Shown: positions 10,868-23,020 of the stretch, one piece after another
Layout: every line of letters begins with the position of its first letter
How positions within the stretch are numbered: the stretch's first letter is position 1
Origin: Diplonema japonicum
Lineage: Eukaryota > Protista > Euglenozoa: Diplonemea
Assembly (NCBI GenBank): GCA_964019335.1
Contig: OZ025733.1
Coordinates: 355,049 to 419,048, forward strand
Length of the DNA: 64,000 nt
Direction of reading: 5' to 3'
Position numbers and translations under genes: made by a program
The notes under the pieces: model-generated
The model's input: only the letters and a program-made list of their open reading frames with translations
Databases searched by the model: none
What the model was told of the DNA's origin: nothing

Positions 10868-12193
10868 ATGAAAAAAATAAAATGGCTCCCCATAACAGTT
10901 CGAGTCAGGAAGAAGATCTCAGAAGAAGCCCTCGCAGCACTTCCTAAAGACCCCAAAAAACAACTTTCAACAGACGAGGAAAGCGCAGAGTTCTTCCGAA
11001 AAGAGTACGGGCAAACAGTGTCGGACACACTGCAGACAGGGGCGAACACGAAGCGCGACCATCTTCGTCTGGACATCGAGAGCTCCCTGAGAACAATATT
11101 GAAGCACCACCCGCAAGCGGTCGGCTCATCAACTCTGTACATCGTCCTCCACATGCTATGTTCCATTAAGGGACCCAAACGAGGCTCACAAATCTTCGCT
11201 AAGTGGAGGCTCATGCACCTCCCTGTCGACTCCGCATGCTATTCAGTTCTCATGTCCTACCAAAAAGGTGTGAAGGCCGACAAATTCTATCGACAGTCCA
11301 TCAACGACGGCCTCATCCCTGATGACACCTTTCTCCACGCATACCTAACATCTCAACGGGGGAAGGGGTTCGACAAAGGATCCAAGATCTACACCAAGAT
11401 CCTTCAGAAAACCCCGAAAACAGCGTTGCTGCTGCTTCAAACCTCAAGGAACAACTCAGAGTTCAACAAAGCCATGGCGAGCACAGGCGTCACCAAACAA
11501 CAAGTAATGACATCGCCTGCATTGTTAAAAGCCCTGGCAGACTGCGGACGTGTACAATCGGAAGTTGAGAAAATCATGAATCACTATTCAAAGCTCACCG
11601 GCGAGCCCATCGATGTATCATGGTGGGTGCGTGTGCTGATTGCCTCGTACAGAGAATCTCATGCCGCGTGCTGGAAAAGACATGGATCGTGGAACAGGTT
11701 TGAAGGTGCATGGGAGGTCTTGACCTCACGTGGGGGGGAGACTGTCATCCCGACAGCTGCCTTTATCTACGCCATGAGGGGCGCAAGCTCAGCTGCTAAG
11801 CATTGTGACCCTTCGATGTCGTCAAGTATTCTTCTGTTTGCTGAGAAGGCCCTTGCTCGTTCTCGGGCTACGTTGCAGCACTGTGATGCTAGGTTGTGGA
11901 CTGCCATGTTTAGTATATATAAGACGTATTCTCTCCCACATCGGGCACTCCGGCTTGGGCGCAGGCAGGCTGTGTCCCTTGTGCGTCCTACGAAACAGCT
12001 TTTGAAAGCTTTCGTATCTTCGACAGCAGCTCCCGTGAAGGGCGGGTTGCAGATGGTGCCTATTCCGCCCATCGCTCCTCGTCGTGAAAAAAAAAGATAT
12101 AGCGTGCCTTTACACAACGGGCCGCCGCCTTTGGAAGTGGTTCGTGTTGATGGTAGCATGCTGCCTTGGATTCCAGGGGAGCGGCCTTCTTAG
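10868..12193 (+). CDS. PPR-like helical repeat protein, possibly organellar RNA-binding
   Basis: Degenerate PPR-like starts VDSACYSVLMS, PDDTFLHAYLT, IDVSWWVRVLI and CDARLWTAMFS; basic N-terminus. The start codon is uncertain (10832 or 10868). Confidence 0.55.
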   Translation: MKKIKWLPITVRVRKKISEEALAALPKDPKKQLSTDEESAEFFRKEYGQTVSDTLQTGANTKRDHLRLDIESSLRTILKHHPQAVGSSTLYIVLHMLCSIKGPKRGSQIFAKWRLMHLPVDSACYSVLMSYQKGVKADKFYRQSINDGLIPDDTFLHAYLTSQRGKGFDKGSKIYTKILQKTPKTALLLLQTSRNNSEFNKAMASTGVTKQQVMTSPALLKALADCGRVQSEVEKIMNHYSKLTGEPIDVSWWVRVLIASYRESHAACWKRHGSWNRFEGAWEVLTSRGGETVIPTAAFIYAMRGASSAAKHCDPSMSSSILLFAEKALARSRATLQHCDARLWTAMFSIYKTYSLPHRALRLGRRQAVSLVRPTKQLLKAFVSSTAAPVKGGLQMVPIPPIAPRREKKRYSVPLHNGPPPLEVVRVDGSMLPWIPGERPS

Positions 12194-12426
12194 ATACCCT
12201 GATGGGTCGTCTCTTTTTTTTTTTGTTTTTTTTTTTTTTTTTGTTTTGTGATGCTCTAAAATTGTTAAAATAACACCTCAAGACGACCAGGAAAGAAAAA
12301 AAAAAGAGAGAGAAAGAAGGGGGGAAAAGAAAAAAAAAAAAAAAAAAACGACCACATGCCCAACATCGGTGTAAACGGTCGGGGATAAAAGAAAAGGAAA
12401 AAGAAAGAAGGAAAGAAGAACAAAAC

Positions 12427-14679
12427 ATGGCACATGGTGCCCAATGCATCATCGGGGAGAGGGATATTAAACCCGACGGGGAATATAGCTTCATCAATGT
12501 GCAAGGTATGACATCTGAGCGCGCTTACGCGTATTGGGCATGTCATAAAGAGAATAGGAAAGGGAAGTTGGAAGGAGTATGACAACAAGAATTAAAAAAG
12601 AAAAAGACCTACAGCCCCGGGCGCTAATTGTACTACGACACTTTATAGTGTTAATCAAGACGGACAGCGGTGTATTAAGCAGGGCCATCAAAATCGTTGA
12701 CATCCAAAACCTGTATGTTCTGGAAGACAAGGGACAGTATCGCGTTATCGTGAAGGTACCCCCCCTCCCCTCCTCCCCCCATTTAAACCTTCCTCAGGTC
12801 GGAGCCAAGGAGCCAACGCTAGTTCTGCGGATGGATCACAACTTAAAGAATATAGCAGGAACGGAGAAGCGAGATGTATGTAACGTGAGGGGGAAGAAAG
12901 AATAAAATGAAAACAAAAAAAAACCCCCTTTTTTTTTTCTTTCCCCAGCCCACTTCAGTGCTTCGCGTCATCAACTACTTCAAAGAGATGTACAGTGGGG
13001 CAGGTATCAGGTGCTATAACGTTGTTCCTGGTACAGACATCCGAAGCAAGCAGGACATCTTCGGTGGGTTCACAAAGTCTAGTGGGTACGTCAGCCCACG
13101 GGAAAAATTGAAGCAATGGAAGACACAGAAGCACCCTACCCCCGTGCCACGGCCCCCTGTTCCGGAACCAGAAAAAGTAGATGACCAAGTTGTAGTTGAG
13201 GACGCCAACAAGGATGAAGCTGCGGATGTCTTCCCCCCTGTGAACGATGCCGCGCCTGTCGATGCTGTGCCTGATGCTGCACCTACTGACGCTGAGATGC
13301 TTGCCCAGCACGTCAACGACGAGATCCTCCCCATAGAGGAGGAGGTGGACCTTGGGACTGATGGTATCCCAGGTGATGACGATGAGGATTATGAGGATGA
13401 TTACTATTACGATTACCCGCCGCCTGTGCACCACAGGCCGCCGCCGCCACCGCCGCTTGATGAGTCGGCGCTTAAAAGCGAAAAGCCTGTTCAGCGGAAT
13501 AGCCAGTCATCAGGGGACCCCCCGCATGTGCACCTGCACTTGTTCATGCACAAGGGTGATCCAAGCGCCGCCTCTGTCGAGCAGAGGCCGCTCGAGATTG
13601 ACGACAACCTCCCGTCTGTGCATGCTGTGGATCATGAGAAGCCCCCGCCTGCCTACTCGCTCCCATCCAACCCACCCATCTCACAGCGGCCTCCTTCACA
13701 GCCTTCACACCCGCCGCCAAGGATCTCCGTGCCGGTTGCTCTGGGACCTGGTCCGGGCACACCTGCAGGCTCAGCACCTTGGGGCGAGGAAGTCGAGTTC
13801 GAGAAGTTCCCATTGCGCCGCAGCGAAGGGAAGCAGAAGAGCCACGCCACAAACCAGAACCGCAGCGGGACAGCGCAGCCGCAAGATGCCAGCGCCTTCA
13901 AGGAAGGCTTCATACAAGGCTTCGTGGCTGCTACTGGGGGTGTGCCTCTGGCGCAGAGCACGCAGAGGCATGACGAGGCATCGATACCGCCCTCCCCAGC
14001 ACCTGCTCCTGTGTCCGTGCCCATGCGGGCACAGTCGGTGTCCACAAACTACTCATCGCCTTCACCATCGCCGTCACGGAGGAGTGTTGTCGTGCAGCCA
14101 TATGCAGGGATACCTCGCAGGAACCTTCCGGAACCTGGACGGGAAGGGTCGCTGCCGAGGCAGCTTGCTCAGGAGAGGGTGGAGAGGGCACGGTTTGCGC
14201 AGAATAGGGCGCAGCTCACTGCAGACAGGGCAGCACAGGAACAACTGAGGGAGTCGGAACGCGAGAGGGTGGAGCTGGCGACGAGGCTGCAAGAGGCAGA
14301 GAGGCAACTGGGCAACAGGGAGCACAAGGGGAAAGGGGTTTACGAGAGGCACGACAGGAGCTCGCGGCGGCGCAAGCATCATCAAACACCAACACGCACC
14401 AACAGAGACACCACTGCTTCTGATAGAGAAGCGGCTTTGATGCGGTCTATTCAAAACGGGCAGGAGGCCGACAGGCGACAGAACCAGGAGCACTCCACAG
14501 TGAACTGGGCTGAAACACCTGTTTCGCCGAGAATGGGGCGGGGCAGGTCCACAAGGCAGGCAGCAGGCACAGCTGCTACGAGGTCGCCGAGAAGACATAA
14601 ACCGGAATCTGCAGCGCTTGGTAAAGGCAAGTACTGGAGCTCTTTTATCAACGAGTGGGACACGCAGTATAATTACTGA
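12427..14679 (+). CDS. Protein with an N-terminal PH/myosin-TH1-like domain and a long Pro-rich/coiled-coil tail; exons 12427-12576, 12615-12755, 12798-12875, 12949-14679
   Basis: Three GT-AG introns (12577-12614, 12756-12797, 12876-12948) join the frames. The motif KENRKGKLEGPRALIVLRHFIVLI...LSRAIKIVDIQNLYV resembles TH1-type PH folds. Confidence 0.7.
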
Positions 14680-15147
14680 AGAAACAGAAGTGGGAAAAAG
14701 AAAAAAGAGAAAAAAGATTGTACTTCTTCTCCCCCTCCCCCCATCCCCTTCCCCTTCCCCTTCCCCTTGTACAACTGTACTTTTTTTTCCCCTTTTCCCC
14801 TTTTTCTTGTACGCCCTTCCCACCTACCCACCTTCCTCATTTTTTTTTTTTTTTTTTTTTGCCGTTTTAACTCAAAAATCTTTACGTTCCGTTCATATTT
14901 TCTTTTTTGTTTTAATACTACTTGTTGGGCTGTGCAGAAAAAAAAAAGAAAGTCTTAGGTGAAACAATCCCCCCTGTGTGCACAAAAAAAAAAAGAGGGA
15001 AAAAAAAAAAGAAATGGAACGCCAGATGAGTTGTGAGGCAAGTGAAACAATTTTTTTTTTTGAAGAAAAAGAATTTATCCGGGCTTTGCTTTCGCACAAA
15101 TTTAAACCGGTTTTTTTTTGTTTTGTTTTGTTTTTTTTTTTTTTTAA

Positions 15148-15577
15148 CCCATAAAGGACCGCTATTTTTGGTCTAAAAAGTCGATTTTGAACTTTTCGTT
15201 CAAATACCAAAATAAAATGGCGAGGGTGGAGTTAGAGGGTGTGTACCTATATTATTTTCACTACCCCATTTCTGGAGCGCGAAGCGGCCTACATTTCAGC
15301 CCCAGACGCGCCCAAACTTTGGTGGTAGAGCAGCATTTGAGAGAAACAACTCTTGCAAAGGGCACATGCTAATGCTTATGGGGTGTAAAAAAAAAACAAT
15401 GTCTGTGCCACTATTTTTTTCTCCCCTTGCAGTTTGGATGCAAAAATTTACGGGCGATATAGCGTTCAGTATAAAAAAAGTCGCGCAATAAGGCCCCTCT
15501 TAAAGAGTGGGCATGCAGAGCACTAAAAATGCCTTAGCAGAATTTAAAAAAAATTTTTTTAGCTCCGGTCCTATGGG
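15148..15577. mobile_element. piggyBac-like MITE (430 bp)
   Basis: TTAA|CCCATAAAGGACCG ... CGGTCCTATGGG|TTAA: CCC/GGG termini, imperfect TIRs and TTAA on both sides (15144-47, 15578-81). No transposase ORF. Confidence 0.8.
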
Positions 15578-15696
15578 TTAAATAACAGAAAAGAGAAACA
15601 GGAAGAACAAAGGAAAAAAAAGAAGGGAGAAATAGAAAAACCTGTTGGTTCGGTCCAGTCATTGTCAGAAAGGGGAAAGGAAATATAAGGCGGGGG

Positions 15697-15735
<39 letters not shown>

Positions 15736-16818
15736 ATAAAGAGAACTTCCCCCCCCTTTTCCCTCTATTTTACTTTTTCTTCTTCTTCCTTTTTTTTTCT
15801 CTCTTTTGTTTGCTTTTGTTTCCCCCCTTTTCTTTACCAGCTATTCTGTCGATATAAAAAAGGGATGTCAGCACAAAGGAGGGGAAAAGTGTTTTCCCAG
15901 TGTGACCTTCTGTGGCCCACAGGGTAGTCCCATAGAAAGATGTAGCTCAACATGAGCCCATGGTCCTGGTTAGTGCAGCGCAAGAAACTTTAAGGTTTTT
16001 TTAATCAATAAGCTTTTTTTTTAAAACCCCCCCCCCCCCTTGTCATTCTTCCCTAGGCTAGTAATGATTATTCTACTATGACGCATTAACGCACAAATAT
16101 CAGCATCAAGGAGGCGAGGTTATTTGGAGACCTCCTCTGGAAGCCCACCGTCAGAGTCCCCATCGTAATGGGGAAGAAAAAAAAAAGAAAAAAAAACAAT
16201 TTCTCCTATCTCTGGCTTTTTGTGTCCACTCCCCCCCCCATAAATTTTCCCATACTTTTTTTTTCGAAAAAGAAAAAAAAAGAAGAAGAAACATCATTCA
16301 GCGAATCAAAAAAAAAGAAAATACAAAATCCGTACCTGAGGGGGGGGGGGGGGGGGGGGGGTGGAGAGAAGTAACAAAAAAAAAAAAGAAATGGGGCGGA
16401 GATTGCGGTATAACTTAAGACAATGCCTTTGTTGCGCAAAAACCCCGCATTTTTTTACTTGTTTTTTCCAAATAAAAAAAAAAAAAAAAAAAAAAAAGCA
16501 ACAGGGCGTTTTGGCTAGGTTTAAGGGATTGGGGTGGGGATAACGGGGTAGAATCTCCTCTCTTATTCCTTCCCCTCTTCTTCCCTTTTTTTTGTTTTCT
16601 TTTTTTTCTTCCTCTTTCCTTTGTCCTCCCCCCCCCCCCCCGTTTCATCCTGTTCCCCCTTTTCTTTATAAACGCCCCCCTTAGCAAAAAAAAAAATAGC
16701 CCCCCCGCACCCTGTACTTATCTAATTTTTATTCTTTTTTATTTGCTAATGTGAAAGGGATGTATGACGGCAAAAAAAAAAGAACTAAAGCAAAAAAAAA
16801 AAAAAAAAAGAAAGAAAA

Positions 16819-17448
16819 ATGACATTGCAGCACAGGCTCGATGGGTGGTGGCGGGGAAGCCAAGACAAGAGGACTAGCGTGGTGAGTTTTACGGAGTCTA
16901 CAGACAGTGGTGCGATGAAGTACAGCTTGAGCGTGTTTAACAATGAGAGCATAGACGAGAACAGAGGCACAAGGGAGGTGTACAGCGAAGCTGGCTACCT
17001 GAAAGGGGACCAGCTTTCCATCGCAACGTCTGATGGATTAGCGCAGGTTATGAAGTGCAAGAGGTACTTGGGGGTTGGGTAAAAAAAAAAAAATAATTCT
17101 TTATGACTATATGTCTTTGTTGTTCGCACGAGCAAAAAAGATTTTTAAAAAGCTGCGAAAGTTTTTTGCTCGGCACAAGTTGCATATAGTTATAAAATCA
17201 TTTTTTGAAAGATAAATATTTGTAACAAAAAAAAAAAAAAAAAAAAAAAAATCCAGCACATGGGGTCGAGATGAAGGATCACTGATGTGTTCCGAAGGCG
17301 AAACGAGCCGACAGTTTTTGGTGTCGAAATACAGCATGCAGGTAAAATAATTACAAAAAAAAAAAAAGAAATACAGTTTATCACACAACCAAACGGTCAG
17401 TCCCCTGTCAGCCTTAACAAGGATAACGTGAGTTGGAAGAATCTGTAA
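16819..17448 (+). CDS. Small hypothetical protein (~133 aa); exons 16819-17063, 17257-17341, 17377-17448
   Basis: GT-AG introns 17064-17256 and 17342-17376 give a continuous frame ending ...FITQPNGQSPVSLNKDNVSWKNL*. Confidence 0.55.
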
Positions 17449-17519
17449 GCCCCCCTTTTTTTTTTGTGCGAAGAAAATTATAAGAGCCGAAAAAAAAGAA
17501 AAAAAGGGAACAAAAAAAA

Positions 17520-18167
17520 ATGGATTTTAACATCCGAGTAGTTTTCAAGATACTCATTGCCATAGGTGCTGTGACAGGTGTGGCAGGGTGTGTTCTGGTA
17601 GCAGTCGGGAGTGGTGGCTCGGAGACGGAAGCACCGCAGCCGTCCTATGTTCTGCTGGGAATAGGTTTGGTGATGTGTCTCGTGAGCAGCTGTTGCTATA
17701 CAGCGTCATTTAAGAACGGGAACGGGAACGGGGACGGGGGGAGAAGACGGAGTGGAATTTCCCGGAAAGCTTCTGTGGCGTCCTTGGCTGTCCCGGAGAA
17801 GGGGTTTGCGAACCCCTTGCTAGATAACAAGGAAGCTACGGAAGTGTCCGAGTCTGAAAGGGCATTTAGCTGTGCAGAGGATACAGATACGTTGGACCTT
17901 CACCTCGCAGAGGGGTCCGAGCCGCCTTCGCCGTCGCCGCTTGCTCCTATAACTTCGTTCCTTGCCTTCCCTCCGCCGCCTGTTAAAAAGTCTTCCACTC
18001 CAAACCCTTCTTCACTGCAGCCTTTGGGCGTCTTTGACCCAGCTTCCAGGCGTTCACGTGGACGCGGAGCAAGGCGGTCGACCCTTCCCCTCACTAAGGG
18101 TGTCGTCTACCAGCACCCCGAGCCTGCCCACTTTGCTGTTACAAAAAATGGCGACATTGCTCTGTAG
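17520..18167 (+). CDS. Hypothetical protein with two N-terminal TM helices
   Basis: Two hydrophobic segments followed by a disordered Ser/Pro-rich tail. Confidence 0.7.
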   Translation: MDFNIRVVFKILIAIGAVTGVAGCVLVAVGSGGSETEAPQPSYVLLGIGLVMCLVSSCCYTASFKNGNGNGDGGRRRSGISRKASVASLAVPEKGFANPLLDNKEATEVSESERAFSCAEDTDTLDLHLAEGSEPPSPSPLAPITSFLAFPPPPVKKSSTPNPSSLQPLGVFDPASRRSRGRGARRSTLPLTKGVVYQHPEPAHFAVTKNGDIAL

Positions 18168-18360
18168 AAAAAAAAAAAAAAAAAAATTAGATATTGTTTG
18201 GAAACTTTTTTGTTAGAAAAAAAAAAAAAAAAAGGAAAAATTCTCATATTTTTGTTATTGTAATAATATCCTGTCCTTCTCCCCCCCCCCTTTTTATTTT
18301 CTCAACCCTCTTTTTTCTTCTTCTTTCCCTTGTTATCTATTTTTTTTTTTAAAGAGAAGC

Positions 18361-19302
18361 ATGACGGCGAATGGGTGCTATAAGAAGCTGACGGCACACG
18401 ATGTGCAGTTGATCCTGTCGGGGTTGAACACCAGCAGGTCTTTGGAGAGGAACGAGAGTGACGAAGAGGACGGCGAAGCCAAGGGGCTGAGCACGAGCGA
18501 GATACAGGATCTCGCAGCCGACCTGAAGGCTTTGAAGAACACGGAAGGCGTGGCCGAGATGCGAAAGATCGTGCCAAGGCTGATGGCACTGGAGCACTCC
18601 GACAACGAAAGCGACGCGGAAGAAGCAGAGGAGTTCAAGAAAACCGCCGAAACAAGCATAACAAAACCGGATTTTCTAACACCAACAGCGGTGGAAGACG
18701 TGTTCTCTGGCCTCAGCACACTAGGAAGAGATGTTCATGTCCAGAAGGATACAGCTTGCGAAGAAAGTGTCTTCAAAATAGGCGGGGTCCCCATTACAAT
18801 GCAAGAACCATTCGTGTCCAGACTTGCAGAACTCATCAACACGCAAAAACATGAATCCAGCGAGACATTAATGCAAATCGAAGAGGAGCTCAGCTACGAG
18901 CAATGGGCCGCTGAACGGCACACGCGCTTCGCTGTATTGAACCCCAACAAATCTTTTTCGGATTCTGACATACTTTCGTACCCCAAGATGCGCGGTGCGG
19001 ATGGGAACGCTGCCCTTCCATGGGCTGAGCCTTCTAAACGGATGTCCCTTGCAGACAACTCTCCCGACTTCATTGAAGCTCGCTTCACCCAAGCGCCCAA
19101 CGAGCCGACAGAAGACTTCACATCAGACATGGAACTCATATACGAGTTACAACACCTCACAGCGAGGATATATGAGAACGCCGCTGATAGGTCTATCGAC
19201 GTGCAAAGGCGTCTTCGGCAGTGTGCTCACGTCTTTACAGATGGCCGGCCGCTGCCTAGCGTCGCGACCACAGGACCCTTTGTGAGTTCTCGGGTACACT
19301 GA
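18361..19302 (+). CDS. Hypothetical acidic protein
   Basis: 313-aa ORF with coding-like composition; no recognised motif. Confidence 0.7.
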   Translation: MTANGCYKKLTAHDVQLILSGLNTSRSLERNESDEEDGEAKGLSTSEIQDLAADLKALKNTEGVAEMRKIVPRLMALEHSDNESDAEEAEEFKKTAETSITKPDFLTPTAVEDVFSGLSTLGRDVHVQKDTACEESVFKIGGVPITMQEPFVSRLAELINTQKHESSETLMQIEEELSYEQWAAERHTRFAVLNPNKSFSDSDILSYPKMRGADGNAALPWAEPSKRMSLADNSPDFIEARFTQAPNEPTEDFTSDMELIYELQHLTARIYENAADRSIDVQRRLRQCAHVFTDGRPLPSVATTGPFVSSRVH

Positions 19303-19380
19303 TGGTACATTAATAGATTTCTTTTTTTCTTTTTAATTAGAAGAAGAAAAAAAAAGGGGGGGGGGAGGTAAGGAGTGTAA

Positions 19381-20079
19381 ATGGTCGCGCACCTCGATGA
19401 GGGGGTACGGGAACAGAACGAACACAATGAACTGGAGAAGCTCCTCCTGCAACATGAAGAAGATGGTTCCGACGAGGTAGCTGTGCAGGGTATGAACCAC
19501 CTGAAGGCGGTACACTGTGATATGAGCAAGCTTGGGAAGTGCAGAAGCCTGTGCTTGTCGTTCAACTTCCAGCTTCGTGAGGTGAGCAGCAGCATCTCGT
19601 ACTTGAGACTGAAGTCGCTGGACCTTTCTTACTGCGATTTCGTTGAGTTTCCCGAAGCCGTCACGGAGCTCACCATGCTTGAAGATCTCATGCTGAGCAA
19701 CAATAGTATCGTTAACATCCCCGACAAGGTCCACGGGATGAAGTACCTTAAGAACGTGTACCTTGACACCAATCTGGTGCGGTCCATCCCCTCCGCACTC
19801 GAGTCCCTCGGGCTTTCCACCCTTGAGCTCAGCAACAATCCTCTGTTTACGGAGGCTGCACAGGTGAAGTTGATACTGCCACCTTTGTTGGCCGACCTCC
19901 CGCTGTGTGCCATTTGCAAACTCGCCCTCACCGACTACCCCCCGCCTGTGACACACCTTGCGTTTCTGAACCATCACAACATCCACCGGTTGCCTGTGCA
20001 TTACCATGTCCACAGCACCGATGCCTGTAATGGGCTTCTGGAGACGGAACCTGTTCCTGGGCGAAGCTCGTTCTTTTGA
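19381..20079 (+). CDS. Leucine-rich repeat protein
   Basis: LxxLxLxxN repeats (LKSLDLSYC, LEDLMLSNNSI, LSTLELSNNPL) and a C-terminal CAIC...H..C cluster. Confidence 0.85.
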   Translation: MVAHLDEGVREQNEHNELEKLLLQHEEDGSDEVAVQGMNHLKAVHCDMSKLGKCRSLCLSFNFQLREVSSSISYLRLKSLDLSYCDFVEFPEAVTELTMLEDLMLSNNSIVNIPDKVHGMKYLKNVYLDTNLVRSIPSALESLGLSTLELSNNPLFTEAAQVKLILPPLLADLPLCAICKLALTDYPPPVTHLAFLNHHNIHRLPVHYHVHSTDACNGLLETEPVPGRSSFF

Positions 20080-20086
20080 TATTTCT

Positions 20087-20122
<36 letters not shown>

Positions 20123-20500
20123 GGAGGCGTAAGTTAATCCAACGAGCGAAAGAACGAAAAAGAGAAGAGGCGGGGGGGGGGGGGGGGGGGGGGGCTATGT
20201 TGGCAAGAAACGGGGGAACGTTTCCGTTTCCGTACTTCTTAAGGAAACTGCCCAAAAATAAGGAAACGATTCCGCGAAATTATTTTCAAAAAAAGAAACT
20301 TGGAAACGCGTTTCCTTGCCAACATAGCCCTAGGGGGGGAAGAAGGAAAAAACAAAAGACGCCCCTTCCGTGGCTGACACAATAACAGTATGGACTGCAC
20401 GCATTAGTTAAAAATGTGTACTTTCTGTCTTTCTTCTTCTTTTTTTTTCTTGCTTAGTGACCCCCCCAACAAGAAAACCAGTGACACACGCTTCAACGAA

Positions 20501-22115
20501 ATGAAGCGAAGCAACATATGGGATTCCGAGAGTTCTGAGGAAGAGATGGGAAAGAAGAAAAATAAGAAGAAGGGGCCGCAAAAAAAAGAGGGTTCTAAAC
20601 CAGGCTTTGTGGACAGCGAGAGCGACGACTGTGAACATGACAAGCCGGCGAGGCATGGTGTCGGCGAGAGAACGACCAAAAAGAAGAAACCCGGGAAAAA
20701 GAAAGACTTCGTGGACAGCGAAAGCGACGACTGTGCCTCTGCACCTGACCAAGCAAGCAGCCCCCACGACAGCAAGACATGCTGCGCGGCAGTGGCGCAG
20801 GATCAAAAGGAAGACCCTATCACGATGCTGCCACTACAGTTCGGGCGGACTGTGACAATCATCAGCCCCGACGGCACATCGCAGCTGACATACAACATCG
20901 AAACGCTGAAGATGGCGGCCGTGAGTAAAGGGAAGTGGATGCAACCACCCCATTTCAGAGAACCGATGACGGCAGAGCTCCTTCAGCTCATCCGGAGCAT
21001 CGACAAGCGAACTGTGGACAGCGTAGTACTGCAGGAGCCCAAGCGGAACCCTGAGGTGTCGGACCTTGACGCACACATCATTGAAGAGCTCATCCGTGGC
21101 GAAGACGATCCCTTCCACCAGCACAACGAGCGGTTCGCAGAGACACTCAACGCCTTCAACGGAGGAAGGGTCCAGCAGAAGAGTCTGTACTTCTGCCCTT
21201 ATTGTTGGGACGCAGCTGTCGACGACGCGAGGAGCGAGGCGACAAGCAGCGGGTCGGAGGCGAAGCAGTCCTCTTCCTCTTCCTCTTCTTCGCCAACCGA
21301 GAACCTCTTTGGAAAGAAAGTCGAAATCGACAGCGACTCTAGCGACGAATCTATCGAGATAGATATCGTGTCCTCATCATCTTCCGCCAAATCTTCGCGT
21401 CCCGCGTCTTCATCCACCTCCACTAGCTTTGCGGATGGACAACTTCTCAACACCGATATCATCGAAGGCCGTACGGTCGCCAAGCGTGGGGCCTCGTCAG
21501 ATGACTCAACAAGCATCGCAGCAAAGCGGAGCAAATACGGTGTTCTGAACCCCTTGCGTGCGCTGTGGCACCTCCCCAATCGTGAGGTGGCGTGGCGGAG
21601 CATTTTGTTCAAAGACCTCCGCCAGGCACACCAGCACATCAAGACCGCACATGGTGGGGACGGGAAGGAGAACGTGGACAACCTGAAGGATCAGGTCATG
21701 CGGTTCATCGAGTCCGGCAACAAACGGCTGCAGAGCAAGAAATGGTTCTCGTTCCTCAGGGAGCAAGACTACAACATGCTCCGCTCCACCACCCACTGCT
21801 TCTGGCGGAACAGCAGCCACTACAACACTATGCGGTACAACACAATGGTCGAGATTACCAACGCCCCCCTGCCAGAAGGGGTCACCACTACAATGGTATG
21901 TCACTCATACTTTTTACCCAAAGCAATGTTATACACAGTTTGTGCAGAATGGAAAGGACAACCAGGCGGCGGTTGAAGACGAACGGGCGTTCATTAAGGA
22001 TGAAAGCAGCGATGGAACCGAAGACAGCAACGATAAGAAGAGGAAAAAGGGTGAAGAGAGCAGCGAGGAGGAACCGGAATGGATCCAACGCAAGAAAAAG
22101 AAAAGAGCAAAATAA
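20501..22115 (+). CDS. Hypothetical, probably nuclear, protein with a U-box-like segment and possible Zn ligands; exons 20501-21895, 21939-22115
   Basis: Lys-rich NLS-like runs, DPITMLPL...YNIETL...PHFREPM, and CPYC...HIKTAH. Intron 21896-21938 adds an acidic/basic last exon. Confidence 0.65.
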
Positions 22116-22216
22116 TTTTTTTCTCTTGTACCCACCAAATTTCTTTCATTCATTCCCCCCCCCCCTTTTTTTCTTAAAAATTAAAAAAAAAAAACCACTC
22201 ACGTTATAGAGGTCCG

Positions 22217-23020
22217 ATGCGTGGCGATGGCTCGCTGGTGCTGGGGTACGGGGCAACGCAGAGGAGGACCGACACGCACCACGGGGCGAGGGCGTCGACA
22301 CCATCGGGGAGCCATCGGAAAGCGATTGTTCTAGCTTCGATGTACAAAAGGATACCGAACGCGTTCCTTGAGCGGGCGGAGGGGAAAAAACCTGCAAGCT
22401 GCGCAGTACAAAAAATCCCATGGAGGGAAGACGGCAAGCACACCTGGGAGACAGTCGGAAGGGGGAAAGGAGACGCTAAGTTCGCAATCTGGGAGAGGCA
22501 GCCTTTGAGAAAGGGGTGCAGCCTAGACGATGCATTATTCCAAGTCGAGAGCATGAACCTGGCAGAAGGCAGGATCTTAAAGTACCAAGTGTCCTTCGAA
22601 GACGGGTCGAGGATGAGGTTCGAACGCACGAACATCAATGACCCAGGAAGCCTCGTCTGTAAGGAGTTCTATAGTGCAGTGGGCCGTGTTGGTGCTGACA
22701 GACCTGTGAAGCCGATGAAATTTCTTGTGAATTCCCAAGGCCACCTCCTACGAAGACGGGCCCCGCACCCTGGCGCTAACAGCCTTACCTCTCGTATCGA
22801 TAGAACCGCTGAATCGGGCTCTAGCAATTTTTGCTTTACGCCCGTCGGCTTCATTCGTCATCAGGTACGTCAGAACATCAACAGACCTGGTGTCCGGCCA
22901 GGCTTGCGGGAGTCTTCTTCGCAAGCTACGCAGTTCCGTCCCCGTATGGGCAACCGTGCAAGTTTCTCTCCTGAGACGATGAGCAACCAGTTCTTCACAC
23001 CCACCCCCAAAGCCCCCTAA
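22217..23020 (+). CDS. Hypothetical protein
   Basis: 267-aa ORF in a GC-balanced island between homopolymer spacers. Confidence 0.65.
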   Translation: MRGDGSLVLGYGATQRRTDTHHGARASTPSGSHRKAIVLASMYKRIPNAFLERAEGKKPASCAVQKIPWREDGKHTWETVGRGKGDAKFAIWERQPLRKGCSLDDALFQVESMNLAEGRILKYQVSFEDGSRMRFERTNINDPGSLVCKEFYSAVGRVGADRPVKPMKFLVNSQGHLLRRRAPHPGANSLTSRIDRTAESGSSNFCFTPVGFIRHQVRQNINRPGVRPGLRESSSQATQFRPRMGNRASFSPETMSNQFFTPTPKAP

